Origin: Occultella glacieicola
Lineage (GTDB): Bacteria > Actinomycetota > Actinomycetes > Actinomycetales > Beutenbergiaceae
NCBI RefSeq assembly: GCF_004353825.1
Contig: NZ_SMNA01000001.1
Location: forward strand, 186,001-250,000
Direction: 5' to 3'
DNA length: 64,000 nucleotides
Shown: positions 9,175-18,890 of the stretch, piece after piece
Layout: each line of letters begins with the position of its first letter
Numbering within the stretch: the stretch's first letter is position 1
Position numbers and translations under genes: made by a program
The notes under the pieces: model-generated
What the model was told of the DNA's origin: nothing
The model's input: only the letters and a program-made list of their open reading frames with translations
The model's database searches: none

Positions 9175-9660
9175 TCATCGCGCGAGCCGTCCGAGCAGCG
9201 CGTCGATCCGGAACCGGTTGTAACGCTGGGTCACGATGAACGGCAGGTTGACCACGACGCCGTAGGTGATCAGCAGGGCAGCGGCGAGCGGCGGGTTCCA
9301 CAGCACGAACACGGGCCCACAGGCCATCGCCCACCAGTGCGCCAGCTCGGCCCGCCGGGTCTCGCGTGCGAAGAGTTCGAGGCCGGCGACGTCGCCCGCC
9401 GGCAGTTCCCGCTTACTGATCCCGCCGGCGAAGAGGGCCCCCGCCTCGGGCAGTCGGTCCTTCCAGCGGTGGATATGAAGCCGGCGCCGGTACCAGCGCC
9501 CGTTGTCCTCGAAGGGTCGTTGTCGCAGGAGCCAGCCGTCGCGCGCCAGCCGCTCATTGCCCAGGCGGTGGGCCGCGTAGCCGGTGAGGGCGTGGAACGC
9601 GCCCCACGCGAGGACGTCCACCAGGATGGTGACGACCTGCGGCATGACGAGCCGCAACAT
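9175..9660 (-). CDS. CrtO-like carotenoid glycoside acyltransferase
   Basis: ATG at 9660 coupled to GT stop; IHRWKDRLP, ETRRAELAHW, NLPFIVTQRYNRFR motifs of the glycosyl-4,4'-diaponeurosporenoate acyltransferase family. Confidence 0.75.
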   Translation of the reverse strand: MLRLVMPQVVTILVDVLAWGAFHALTGYAAHRLGNERLARDGWLLRQRPFEDNGRWYRRRLHIHRWKDRLPEAGALFAGGISKRELPAGDVAGLELFARETRRAELAHWWAMACGPVFVLWNPPLAAALLITYGVVVNLPFIVTQRYNRFRIDALLGRLAR

Positions 9661-10814
9661 CAGGCGCGACGCTCGGTCGAGTTCGGTCGGTCCACCGGCA
9701 CCTCGCGCCCACGCCACCGTACCGAGCGCCGCACGGTCGTGCGCACGACGGACCGGGCGAACACGAGGTCGAACGCCAGCAGCGGGACGGGGAAGAGCGC
9801 CCAGGTCCACCATCCGAACGAGCCCAGTCGGCGCAGCACCCACCGCAGCTGCCCGGAGACGGCCACCCAGGCGACCGCCCAGAGCGCCGGGTGACCGACA
9901 CCGAGCGGGACAGCATGCCCGGCCAGGAGTGCCCACGCCGCGAGGAGGGCGCCGACGGCGACGGCGTGGTGGGCGATCACCCAGGCAACTGCCGCGACCA
10001 CTGGCCCGGGGGCCGCGGCCGTGGCACCTGAGGCGAAGTTCTTGGTCCACCCGTCCGCCAGCTGTCGAATACCCCCGGGGTAGCTCCGCATCCGCACCGA
10101 CCGCCCCCCGATCGCGCATCGGACCGGCAGCCCGGCTCGGTCATAGGCGGCGGCCAGTTCGACGTCATCCAGGATCTCGTGTCGGACGGCAGCGTGGCCG
10201 CCGACCCGTTCGTAGTGGGCTCGCGAGGTCAGCAGGCAGGGCCCGAACGCCAGCGGCCGGCCACGCGGGCGCCGGCGGAAGGCGCCGCTCGCGAGGACCG
10301 AGACCGCGTTGAAGTACGCCGACAGGTGTTCGTACGGCTCGCCCACGGTGTGGAACGGCTGGATCGAGACGAGGCCGGGATACCTGTCGTGCAGGGCCAG
10401 TAGCCCAGCCAGTGCGTGCGGCGCGAGGACCGTGTCCGCGTCGAGGAAGAGCAGCAGGTCGGCACTCGTGGCCAAGGCCCCGACGTGACAGGCCCACGCC
10501 TTCCCGGTCCACCCGGCCGGCGGGTCCCCTGCCGGCAGCACGGTGGCGCCGCCGGCCCGCGCGACGGACGCGGTCGCATCGCGTGAGGCGTCGTCGACCA
10601 CCACGACCTCGCGGACGCCTCCGTCGACCCGGTGCACGGACCGCAGAAGGGCGGGCAGCACGGCCTCCTCGTCCCGCGCCGGTACGACGACCGAGACTGT
10701 GGCGCCGGTCAGGCGTCGCTCGGCGGTGTCGGGGAGCGTCCTGAGGTCACGCGCCAGCCGGCTCGCCGCCACGAGAGCGGCGAGAAGGAGCGCCCCGATG
10801 AGCAGGTCAGCCAC
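9660..10814 (-). CDS. GT2 membrane glycosyltransferase (CrtQ/CruC-like carotenoid glycosyltransferase)
   Basis: VVVPARDEE, VVDDASRD, GWTGKAWAC, FLDAD, FGPC, ILDDVEL; GTG overlaps P450 stop; inside crt cluster. Confidence 0.85.
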   Translation of the reverse strand: MADLLIGALLLAALVAASRLARDLRTLPDTAERRLTGATVSVVVPARDEEAVLPALLRSVHRVDGGVREVVVVDDASRDATASVARAGGATVLPAGDPPAGWTGKAWACHVGALATSADLLLFLDADTVLAPHALAGLLALHDRYPGLVSIQPFHTVGEPYEHLSAYFNAVSVLASGAFRRRPRGRPLAFGPCLLTSRAHYERVGGHAAVRHEILDDVELAAAYDRAGLPVRCAIGGRSVRMRSYPGGIRQLADGWTKNFASGATAAAPGPVVAAVAWVIAHHAVAVGALLAAWALLAGHAVPLGVGHPALWAVAWVAVSGQLRWVLRRLGSFGWWTWALFPVPLLAFDLVFARSVVRTTVRRSVRWRGREVPVDRPNSTERRA

Positions 10815-12192
10815 GGGCCACTCGCGCGAGCGGACGGACCAGGAGCGGCATCCCACCGGCCGGGTGCACCGCGACCTGCGCCTGCGCGGCGGGACGGGTC
10901 CAGCCCGGCGGCACCTCGACCCGGTAGCGGGAAAGTAGCCTGCTCAACACGACCACCATCTCGCCGAGCGCAAACTCACGGCCGATGCACAGCCGCGGTC
11001 CCTGACCGAACGGGAGGTAGCCCGACGGCGCACCTCGGGCGGCGAGGAACCGCTCCGGACGGAACGCCAGGGGCTCGGGCCAGGACTCGCGGCGTCGGTG
11101 CACGAGCCACGGGCTCAGGATCACCAGCGTGCCGCCGGGCACGTCCCGTCCGCCGATGACATCGGGCCCGTGCGCCCGCCGGGACAACGCCCACGCCGGC
11201 GGGAACAGCCGCAACGACTCATCGACGACGGCACGCGTCCACGGCAGCGTCTCGCGATGGCCCAGGAGCGAGACCGGTCCGGAGTGTTCGGAAAGCTCGC
11301 CGCGCAGCCTGTCCTGGACCGCCTGGTCCTCCGCCAGCAGCATCAGTGTCCAGGCGAGCGCTGCCGCCACGGTCTCGTGGCCCGCGATCACCATCGTCAC
11401 CAGCTCGTGGCGGATCTCGGCGTCGGTGAGCTCGCTGTCGATCAGCAGCCCGAGCAGGTCGCCTCCGTGCGGTTCGTCCACCGACGACCGGCGCTGTCGC
11501 CGCCGCTCGGCGATGAGTTCGGCGGAGATCGCGTCCAGCCGTCGTCGCGTCGCGCGCAGCCGCAGGTTCGTGGAGCTCGGTACCCACGACGCGGACGGGA
11601 GCACCGAGCGGCCCAGGCGTACCACCAGCGTCGCCGCGTCGCTGGTGGCGTCCAGCAGGCGCTGCGCGTGCTCCGAGAGGTCTGCGGAGAACAGGGCCCG
11701 GCCGACCGCGTCGAGCCCGACCCGGTGCACGAGGCTCGCGACGTCGACCAGGCCGGCGGAGAAGGACCGGCCGAGCCGCTCGGTGATGGCGGCGTCGGAA
11801 GCGGCACGCACCTGCTCGGCGACAGCATCGAGTCGCCGATGGTGGAAGGCGGGGGCGGCCAGACGCCGGTGCTCGATCCAGTTCGGCTCGGACGACGCCA
11901 GGAGCCCGGGCCCGGTCACCCGGGCGAGAGCCGCATACTGCACGGTCTCCTTGCTCCAGTTGCGTGCGGCGGTCTGGAGCACATGCCGCACGTCGGCGGG
12001 GTCGTTGGCCAGCAGCACCGGTGGTCCGGGGACCGGGAAGGCGACGAGGTCTCCGTACCGCTGCGTGACGTCGGTCAGGAACGTGAGCGGGTCCGCGCGG
12101 ACCGAACGGAAGGCACGGGCCATGTCCCACGTGCTCGGGCCGGGGACGCCGATGTCCGTGGGTTTCATCGCCTGTGGCCACGCGCGGCTCAC
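10807..12192 (-). CDS. Cytochrome P450 (candidate carotene hydroxylase)
   Basis: AGHETV I-helix, ESLR, PERF, heme motif FGQGPRLCIG; GTGA coupling and GAGGAG RBS at 12192. Confidence 0.9.
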   Translation of the reverse strand: MSRAWPQAMKPTDIGVPGPSTWDMARAFRSVRADPLTFLTDVTQRYGDLVAFPVPGPPVLLANDPADVRHVLQTAARNWSKETVQYAALARVTGPGLLASSEPNWIEHRRLAAPAFHHRRLDAVAEQVRAASDAAITERLGRSFSAGLVDVASLVHRVGLDAVGRALFSADLSEHAQRLLDATSDAATLVVRLGRSVLPSASWVPSSTNLRLRATRRRLDAISAELIAERRRQRRSSVDEPHGGDLLGLLIDSELTDAEIRHELVTMVIAGHETVAAALAWTLMLLAEDQAVQDRLRGELSEHSGPVSLLGHRETLPWTRAVVDESLRLFPPAWALSRRAHGPDVIGGRDVPGGTLVILSPWLVHRRRESWPEPLAFRPERFLAARGAPSGYLPFGQGPRLCIGREFALGEMVVVLSRLLSRYRVEVPPGWTRPAAQAQVAVHPAGGMPLLVRPLARVARG

Positions 12193-12536
12193 GTCACATC
12201 CTCCTCTGTCGCCTCGTTCCTCCGCGCGCCCAGCCACACCCAGACGGCGCACGAGGTGAGCACCAGCCCGAACCCGAAGGCCAGGTCCTCGACCGGTGCG
12301 TAGACGAGGCGACCGTCGCCGAAGAGGCGGATGTCCCCGCTGCCGAGGATGGTGTCCGGGTCGTAACGGACGATCCCGCGACCGGTGAGCCAGCCGTTGG
12401 TCAGGAGCTGGAAGAACACGATGATGCCGTAGGCCGACCACCACACCGTCGACGTCGTGAGGCGGGTGCGCAGCACCCACCGGTCGAGCACGATTGCGGC
12501 CAGAACCGCGAGTGCGCAGATCGCCGTGTAGGTCAC
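12189..12536 (-). CDS. Heterodimeric lycopene cyclase subunit (CrtYd-like)
   Basis: Small hydrophobic protein with NGWLTG..IVRY and APVEDLAFGF; GTGA coupling to upstream subunit. Confidence 0.8.
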   Translation of the reverse strand: MTYTAICALAVLAAIVLDRWVLRTRLTTSTVWWSAYGIIVFFQLLTNGWLTGRGIVRYDPDTILGSGDIRLFGDGRLVYAPVEDLAFGFGLVLTSCAVWVWLGARRNEATEEDVT

Positions 12537-12889
12537 TCGGCCTCCCGGCGCCGAAGGCCACCGCGTGAGCGGACGACCCGGACCGACTCGAACGTCAGCA
12601 CGGAGACCAGCGGGATGACGACGAAGAAGCTGATCTCCTCGAGCGGTAGCCCGGCCAGCCGCCACGGCAGCGTCTGCTCGTCGTCGAACCACCAGTGCCC
12701 GACGGTGGTCGCGTAGAGGTCCCAGAGGAGGAAGGGGGTCCCCGCGGCGAGAATCGTCAACAGCAGCCGGGACGGCTGCCGCAGTACCCGGAGCCGGAAG
12801 ATGAGGATCAACGGCAGAGTGCCCACCAGGCAGAAGGCGAGCATGGCGACGTAGGACCAATGGTCCCAGCCGATCTGTTCTGCGGTCAC
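12533..12889 (-). CDS. Heterodimeric lycopene cyclase subunit (CrtYc-like)
   Basis: PFLLWDLYA..HWWF and GLPLEEISFF motifs; 118 aa, hydrophobic. Confidence 0.8.
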   Translation of the reverse strand: MTAEQIGWDHWSYVAMLAFCLVGTLPLILIFRLRVLRQPSRLLLTILAAGTPFLLWDLYATTVGHWWFDDEQTLPWRLAGLPLEEISFFVVIPLVSVLTFESVRVVRSRGGLRRREAE

Positions 12890-12977
12890 TGGACCACCAT
12901 CCTCCGGTCAGGTGTTCTCCGGCAGGGCGCTGAGGCATCGCCGATGAGAGAGCCGTCGAGCATTTCCAGGGCACCGG

Positions 12978-14480
12978 TCACCTCGGTCGCCGCCCGGTCG
13001 GGACGTCATCGGTGCTGGCCCGTTCGGCTGCCCGGGCGATGTTGCGCTGCATGCCACCGAAGACGATGCCGTGGAACGGCAGGATGGCCCACCAATACGC
13101 TTGGCCGACCAACCCGCGGGGATAGAAGATCGCGCGCTGTCGAAACGTGGCGCCCTGAGCCGCGTCCTCCACGGAGAGTTCCAGCCAGGCGAGTCCCGGT
13201 AGCCGCATCTCGGCCCGCAACCGCAGCAGGCGTCCCGGGACGACAGCCTCCACCCGCCACCAATCGAGTGCGTCGCCAGGAGTGAGGCGGTGCGGGTCGC
13301 GGCGCCCGCGCCGCAGCCCCGGCCCGCCGAACAGGCGATCCATGACGCCTCGTGCCACCCATCCGAGGCGCCAGGAGTACCAGCCGTGCGCGCCACCGAT
13401 GCCCTCGATCACCGACCAGAGTGCCTCCGGGTGGCTGTTCACCTGGCGCGACCGGTCGTCCACCTGCAGGCTTCCGCCGGACCAGTCGGGATCTTCGGGG
13501 AGCGGTTCCGAGGGGGCTCCGTGCGTCGAGGCGGACGCCCAGTTGGTGCGGACGTCCATGTCGCGGATCTTCGCCAGCGCCAACTCGATGGCCCGGTCGA
13601 AACCGGTGAGGCCCTCAGGTGGATCGGGAACGTACGTCTTGATGTCGTCCTCCTTGGCCACCACCTCATGCACCAGGGATCCGACCAGGGGCCGTGCGAT
13701 CGCCGGGGGCACGGGAGTGACCAGTCCGACCCACAGGCTTGCCAGACGTGGAGTGAGGACCGGGACGGCCCGGATGATGCGGGGAGGCAGTCCTGCCACG
13801 GCGGCGTAGCGCTGCATCATGGCGCGGTAGGACAGCACCTCCGGCCCGCCGATGTCGAACGCTCGGTTCACGGTCTCCGGCATGTCTGCGGCGCCCACGA
13901 GGTAGCGCAGCACATCACGGACCGCGATGGGTTGAATGCGGTTGTTGATCCAACGCGGAGCGACCATCGCAGGTAACCGCTCCGTGAGGTAGCGCATCAT
14001 CTCGAACGACGCACTCCCGGAACCGAGGATCACGGCCGCTTGGAGCACGGTGGTCGGAACGCCGCCGTCGAGCAGGATCTCACCGACCTCCCGACGGGAC
14101 TCCAGATGGGCGGAGAGCCGTTCGCCGCGGGGATGGATGCCACCGAGGTAGATCACCCGGTGGACCCCGGCCTCCCGGGCGGTGGCGGCGAACCCGCGAG
14201 CAGTGTGACTGTCGCGATCGGCGAACCCTTTCCCGGTGCCCAGTGCGTGGATCAGGTAGTAGGCAACCTCCACGCCTTCCAGTGCCCGGCGTAGATCGGC
14301 GCGTGAGGTGGCATCGCCGGTGACCACCTCCACGTCATCGACCCAATCGCGGGCGTCGACTCTTTCGGGGTGCCGAGCCAGGACGCGCACGGCAAATCCG
14401 GCGGTGAGCAGTTCTGGTACCAGCCGGCCACCGATGTAGCCGCTGGCGCCCGTGACGAGGACGAGGCGGGTGCTGCTCAT
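12978..14480 (-). CDS. Atypical SDR (NAD(P)-binding) oxidoreductase with C-terminal DUF2867 domain
   Basis: TGASGYIG, YYLIH, SAHLESR, GSGSASFEM, QPIAVRDV; C-terminal GDALDWWRVE, AEMRLPGLAWL, YWWAILPFH. Confidence 0.85.
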   Translation of the reverse strand: MSSTRLVLVTGASGYIGGRLVPELLTAGFAVRVLARHPERVDARDWVDDVEVVTGDATSRADLRRALEGVEVAYYLIHALGTGKGFADRDSHTARGFAATAREAGVHRVIYLGGIHPRGERLSAHLESRREVGEILLDGGVPTTVLQAAVILGSGSASFEMMRYLTERLPAMVAPRWINNRIQPIAVRDVLRYLVGAADMPETVNRAFDIGGPEVLSYRAMMQRYAAVAGLPPRIIRAVPVLTPRLASLWVGLVTPVPPAIARPLVGSLVHEVVAKEDDIKTYVPDPPEGLTGFDRAIELALAKIRDMDVRTNWASASTHGAPSEPLPEDPDWSGGSLQVDDRSRQVNSHPEALWSVIEGIGGAHGWYSWRLGWVARGVMDRLFGGPGLRRGRRDPHRLTPGDALDWWRVEAVVPGRLLRLRAEMRLPGLAWLELSVEDAAQGATFRQRAIFYPRGLVGQAYWWAILPFHGIVFGGMQRNIARAAERASTDDVPTGRRPR

Positions 14481-15064
14481 CAGGTCGTCCTCCGCGGGTC
14501 GGCATCCGCTTCGGGGTCGGTGTGAGGTGCTGTCGCGACGTCCTGATCCAGATCCGGATCGGGGCGTAGCGGCGCAATCTCGCCCGCGTGATCCAGTTGG
14601 GCCGCCATGCGCCGCAGGAACTGGACGACGGCGGGTCGAGCGTGCGAAGGCACGTCGCGGGCGATCTCTGCCATCCGGGCGTGCATCGGCGCCAGGCGCT
14701 CGCGCACCTCCTCGTGGGCGTGCTGAGTGGCGCTGATCAGGAGCGAGCGCCGGTCGGTGGGGTGTGGTGCCCGTTCGAGGTGCCCCGACCTCGTGAGGCG
14801 GTCCAGCAGTTTGGTGGTCGACGCCGTCGAGATGTGCAGATGTGCGGCCACGCCGCGAGGGGTGGCCAACTCGTCCCGGTTCTGTGCCGAGATGACGAAC
14901 TGCAGGGCCTGCAGGTCCCTGACGTTCATCCGCATGCTGGCGCTGACCCGCTGACGCAGTTCCTGGTCCGACGATCGAAACACCCGCAACGCCTCCAACA
15001 TCGCCACCACGAGGTCGTCGTCCTGGTGCCGGTAGGCCCCGGTCGACGGGATGGTCGGTTCCAT
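14480..15064 (-). CDS. MarR family regulator (CrtR-like, divergent from crtE)
   Basis: ISTASTTKLLDRLTRSGHLERAPHPTDRRS wHTH; 1-nt overlap with SDR start. Confidence 0.85.
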   Translation of the reverse strand: MEPTIPSTGAYRHQDDDLVVAMLEALRVFRSSDQELRQRVSASMRMNVRDLQALQFVISAQNRDELATPRGVAAHLHISTASTTKLLDRLTRSGHLERAPHPTDRRSLLISATQHAHEEVRERLAPMHARMAEIARDVPSHARPAVVQFLRRMAAQLDHAGEIAPLRPDPDLDQDVATAPHTDPEADADPRRTT

Positions 15065-15070
15065 GTTCGT

Positions 15071-15110
15071 GATGCTACCTTAGGTTACTACTAGACGGGC
15101 TAACAGCATC
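15071..15110. promoter_or_regulatory. AT-richer divergent promoter / putative MarR operator
   Basis: GATGCT (15071-15076) and AGCATC (15105-15110) flank ACCT-T-AGGT (15077-15085) between marR and crtE. Confidence 0.4.
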
Positions 15111-15126
15111 CCAAGGGAGCAAGCAG

Positions 15127-15303
15127 ATGCGACGAGACGACCTCGATGACGAGACCCGGCTCGACGCAGGCCACCCCGGTGGCGCGGCGCCGACGGCGGC
15201 CGGGAGATGCTCGCGGCGACGCGAGCGTCGAGGCAACGACGCCGCCCTGCCCCAGGTCCGACGCTGCGTGATGCCGGTGGCGCGGCCGGAGTGTGTCCGA
15301 TGA
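15127..15303 (+). CDS. Putative 58-aa leader ORF translationally coupled to crtE
   Basis: ATG at 15127 after AGGGAG; open to TGA 15301-15303 overlapping crtE ATG (ATGA); no recognisable homology. Confidence 0.3.
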   Translation: MRRDDLDDETRLDAGHPGGAAPTAAGRCSRRRERRGNDAALPQVRRCVMPVARPECVR

Positions 15304-16349
15304 GGGCCGCCGACCGTGGCCCCGAACGTGACGCCGTCCTCCGGGACTTCCTCGACAAGGGCGCCGTCCGCTCCGGCCTCCTCGGTGAGCCCTATCAGCA
15401 GTTATGGTCCGACCTCGCCGGTGCTTTGTCCGGTGGCAAACGGTTCCGCCCGGCCCTGCTCGTCGGCGTCTACCGGGCGCACGGTGGAACGGACGAACAC
15501 CTGGCCGCCACGGTCGCCGCGGGGGTGGAACTGCTGCATACCGCGTTCGTGATCCACGATGACGTGATCGACGGTGATCAGACCCGGCGTGGTCTGCCCA
15601 ATGTGTCAGGTGCCGCCGCCGGGAGGGCGCGAGCGGCCGGGGTCGACGAGGCCCACGCCAACGCCTATGCCCAGACCGCAGGGATCCTCGCAGGTGATCT
15701 GGCACTGGTGGGTGCGGTGCGCACCATCTCACAGTGCGGCGCCGAGTCTGCAACTGTCTCCCGGGTCCTCGACCTCGTCGACCAGGCGGTGCACGCCAGC
15801 GCCGCGGGGGAGTTGGCCGACGTCGGACTCTCCGTCGGCATCGGCAGCGCCACGATCGGAGAGGTTCTCACCATGGCCGAGCTCAAGACGGCGGTGTACT
15901 CGTTCGTCCTTCCGCTCCAGGCCGGTGCCGTTCTCGCCGGGTCGCCCGAGCCCGTGGTGGACCGATTGGGTGACCTGGGCCGCCTGGTGGGCATCGCCTT
16001 CCAGCTCCAGGACGACGTTCTCGGTGTCTTCGGCGACGAGGAGCAGACCGGCAAGAGTTGTCTGACCGATCTGCGTGAGGCGAAGCAGACACCACTGATC
16101 GCGCACGCTCGCACGACCAGACAGTGGCCGTTGATCGCGCCGTTCCACGGAAACGCCGACCTGACCCAGGAACAGGCCGATCGGGCCTGTGCCCTGCTCG
16201 AGGAGTGCGGGTCGCGGCAGTTCATCGAAGACCTCGCCCACAGTTATCTGGGGGCTGCCCTTGCCATCGCCGACGAGGTCGGGCTGCCCCGCGAGTTCCT
16301 GGGTTGGGTCTCCACGCTGACCACGGGATTGCTCCGGAGCGCGGCATGA
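15300..16349 (+). CDS. crtE: Geranylgeranyl diphosphate synthase
   Basis: GGKRFRP, IHDDVID..RRG, LKTAVYS, FQLQDDVLG; start uncertain (15207 or 15300). Confidence 0.9.
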   Translation: MRAADRGPERDAVLRDFLDKGAVRSGLLGEPYQQLWSDLAGALSGGKRFRPALLVGVYRAHGGTDEHLAATVAAGVELLHTAFVIHDDVIDGDQTRRGLPNVSGAAAGRARAAGVDEAHANAYAQTAGILAGDLALVGAVRTISQCGAESATVSRVLDLVDQAVHASAAGELADVGLSVGIGSATIGEVLTMAELKTAVYSFVLPLQAGAVLAGSPEPVVDRLGDLGRLVGIAFQLQDDVLGVFGDEEQTGKSCLTDLREAKQTPLIAHARTTRQWPLIAPFHGNADLTQEQADRACALLEECGSRQFIEDLAHSYLGAALAIADEVGLPREFLGWVSTLTTGLLRSAA

Positions 16350-17230
16350 GCGCCGCCGAGGGCACCATCGTCGGGTCGACCGACCCGCTCTACGACCGGG
16401 TCGCCCAACGCAGCGCGGGTGTCGTGATCTCGGGGTACTCCACGTCCTTCTCCTGGGCGTGCCGATTGCTCGCGGAGCCGGTGCGCACCCAGGTGCGCAA
16501 CATCTACGCCCTGGTAAGGGTCGCGGACGAACTGGTCGACGGACCCACGTCGGCAGACCCTGCACGAGCCGCGGTGCTGCTGGACGCCCTCGAGGCCCAG
16601 ACGCTTGACGCCGTGCGAACAGGTCACAGCACCAACCTGCTCGTCCACGCTTTCGCGATGACTGCCCGGTCCTGCGGCATCGGCGCGGATCTGATCGCCC
16701 CGTTCTTCGCCTCGATGCGGACCGATCTGTCCGTCACGAGCCATGACGAGCAGAGCTTCAGCGAGTACGTGTACGGCTCCGCGGAGGTGGTCGGACTGAT
16801 GTGCCTGCGGGCCTTCCTCGCCGCTCCGGACGCGGATGGCGCACCCAGCTACAGCCGTCTCGCACCGGGCGCGAAGCGACTCGGCGCGGCCTTCCAGAAG
16901 GTGAACTTCCTCCGGGACCTCGGTGCTGACGTCGATCTGCGCGGCCGGACCTACTTCCCGGACCTGGACGTCGAGCGCCTCACGGACGCGCACCGTGACG
17001 CCCTCCTGGACGAGATCGATGCCGACCTGGACGTCGCGGCAGCCGCGATCGCACGCCTGCCCCGGAGCAGCAGACGGGCGGTCCGCGCCGCGCACGACCT
17101 GTTCGCGGCCCTCTCCAAGCGACTGCGTGCGACCCCGGCCATTCAGCTGCGACGCTCCAGGGTGCGGGTCCCGGCGGTGGGCAAGGGATGGATCCTGGTC
17201 CACGCCTTCGCCGTACGTGGCCGATCGTGA
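16346..17230 (+). CDS. crtB: Phytoene synthase
   Basis: YSTSFS, IYALVRVADELVD, YVYGSAEVVGLMC, FQKVNFLRDL; ATGA coupling. Confidence 0.93.
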   Translation: MSAAEGTIVGSTDPLYDRVAQRSAGVVISGYSTSFSWACRLLAEPVRTQVRNIYALVRVADELVDGPTSADPARAAVLLDALEAQTLDAVRTGHSTNLLVHAFAMTARSCGIGADLIAPFFASMRTDLSVTSHDEQSFSEYVYGSAEVVGLMCLRAFLAAPDADGAPSYSRLAPGAKRLGAAFQKVNFLRDLGADVDLRGRTYFPDLDVERLTDAHRDALLDEIDADLDVAAAAIARLPRSSRRAVRAAHDLFAALSKRLRATPAIQLRRSRVRVPAVGKGWILVHAFAVRGRS

Positions 17231-18810
17231 CCGCAGCAGGCCAGCGCGCCGTGATCATCGGCGGCGGCATCGCCGGCCTGGCATCCGCGGCCCTGCTCGC
17301 CCGCAACGGCTACGACGTCGATCTGCTCGAACAACAGGACTGTCTCGGTGGGCGGGCCGGCTCCTGGGCACGGGACGGCTTCCGGTTCGACACCGGCCCG
17401 TCCTGGTACCTCATGCCCGAAGTCTTCGACCACTTCTTCCGCTTGCTCGGCACCACGGCACGCGACGAACTCGACCTCGAGAGGCTTGACCCCGCCTACC
17501 GCGTCTTCTTCGAGGGCATCGACGAACCCGTGGACATCCGGGCCGACGTGGCGGTCAACGTCGCGACCTTCGACGCCATCGAACCGGGCGCCGGTGCCCG
17601 CCTCCGGGCCTACCTGACCTCGGCGCGCGACACCCACGACATCGCGACCCGCCGATTCCTCTACTCCTCGTTCCAGTCCGTGGTCCCCCTCCTACGCAGG
17701 GATGTGCTGGCCCGCGCCGGCCGGTTGCTGGGCCTGCTCACCCGGCCCCTCGAGACCTTCGTGGCGACGTCCTTCGCGGACCATCGGCTCCGGCAGATCC
17801 TCGGCTACGCCGCCGTGTTCCTCGGCTCCTCGCCCGATCGGGCCCCGAGCATGTACCACCTGATGAGCCACCTCGACCTGGCCGATGGCGTCAACTATCC
17901 CCATGGGGGCTTCACGCGCCTCATCGAGGTGATCGCGAGACTCGCGGAGAAGGAGGGCGCCCGCCTGCACACCCATGCGGTGGTCACCGCGATCGACGCC
18001 ACTCCGGCGCGCCGCGGACGGGCCCGAGCAACCGGCGTACGGTACCGGGCCGCGGACGGGACCGAACGGACCATCGCGGCGGACGTCGTCGTCAGCGCGG
18101 CGGACCTGCACCACACGGAGACCGAATTGCTACCCCCGTCGTTGCAGACGTATCCGCAGCGGTGGTGGGATCGGCGAGAGTCAGGCCCCGGCGCCGTCCT
18201 GGTGTACCTCGGCGTGCGGGGCGGGCTACCTGAGCTAGCGCACCACTCCCTGTTCTTCACACGAGACTGGACCGCGAACTTCGACGACATCTTCGGCGAT
18301 CACCCACGTGTGCCGGACCCGGCCTCCTGCTACGTGTGCCGACCCTCCGCCACGGATTCGTCGGTTGCCCCACCGGGCATGGAGAACCTCTTCGTGCTGG
18401 TCCCGGTGCCGGCCGACCCGAGTATCGGCCGCGGCGGCTTGAGCGGCGGCGGCGACGCCGCGGTGGAGCGGATCGCAGATGCCGCGATCGATCAGGTCGC
18501 CACCTGGTCCGGCGCCACCGGCCTACGGGATCGGATCGTCCTCCGCCGCACCGTCGGGCCCGGGGACTTCGTGGCGGATCTGCACGCCTGGTCCGGTGGA
18601 GCCCTCGGTCCGGCGCACACCTGGCGCCAGAGCGCCTTCCTGCGCGGACGCAACGCCTCCCGTCGGGTGCACGGCCTGTACTACGCGGGCTCGAGCACGA
18701 TCCCCGGGATCGGATTGCCGATGTGTCTGATCAGCGCCGAGATCCTGCTCAAGCGCCTCCGAGGCGACCGGTCCACCGAGCCGCTGCCGGAGGACCGACG
18801 AGCCACGTGA
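17227..18810 (+). CDS. crtI: Phytoene desaturase
   Basis: GGGIAG FAD motif, GFRFDTGPSWYLMP, C-terminal GSSTIPGIGLPMCLISA; GTGA coupling. Confidence 0.93.
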   Translation: MTAAGQRAVIIGGGIAGLASAALLARNGYDVDLLEQQDCLGGRAGSWARDGFRFDTGPSWYLMPEVFDHFFRLLGTTARDELDLERLDPAYRVFFEGIDEPVDIRADVAVNVATFDAIEPGAGARLRAYLTSARDTHDIATRRFLYSSFQSVVPLLRRDVLARAGRLLGLLTRPLETFVATSFADHRLRQILGYAAVFLGSSPDRAPSMYHLMSHLDLADGVNYPHGGFTRLIEVIARLAEKEGARLHTHAVVTAIDATPARRGRARATGVRYRAADGTERTIAADVVVSAADLHHTETELLPPSLQTYPQRWWDRRESGPGAVLVYLGVRGGLPELAHHSLFFTRDWTANFDDIFGDHPRVPDPASCYVCRPSATDSSVAPPGMENLFVLVPVPADPSIGRGGLSGGGDAAVERIADAAIDQVATWSGATGLRDRIVLRRTVGPGDFVADLHAWSGGALGPAHTWRQSAFLRGRNASRRVHGLYYAGSSTIPGIGLPMCLISAEILLKRLRGDRSTEPLPEDRRAT

Positions 18811-18890
18811 AACGGGGCGCTCGTGGGGGCGATTGCCAGCGGGATCCGGCACCGTCTCGGCACCCGTGCGCGTCGCACGCGTTCGTGGCC

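Noticed and set aside
12189..12889. C50 carotenoid cyclase assignment (crtYe/crtYf)
   Set aside because: No lycopene elongase in the cluster; cannot be fully excluded if one is encoded elsewhere
18878..18890. CGCGTTCGTGGCC as an att-like repeat of the dnaB 3' end
   Set aside because: Short, imperfect and expected by chance; no integrase nearby
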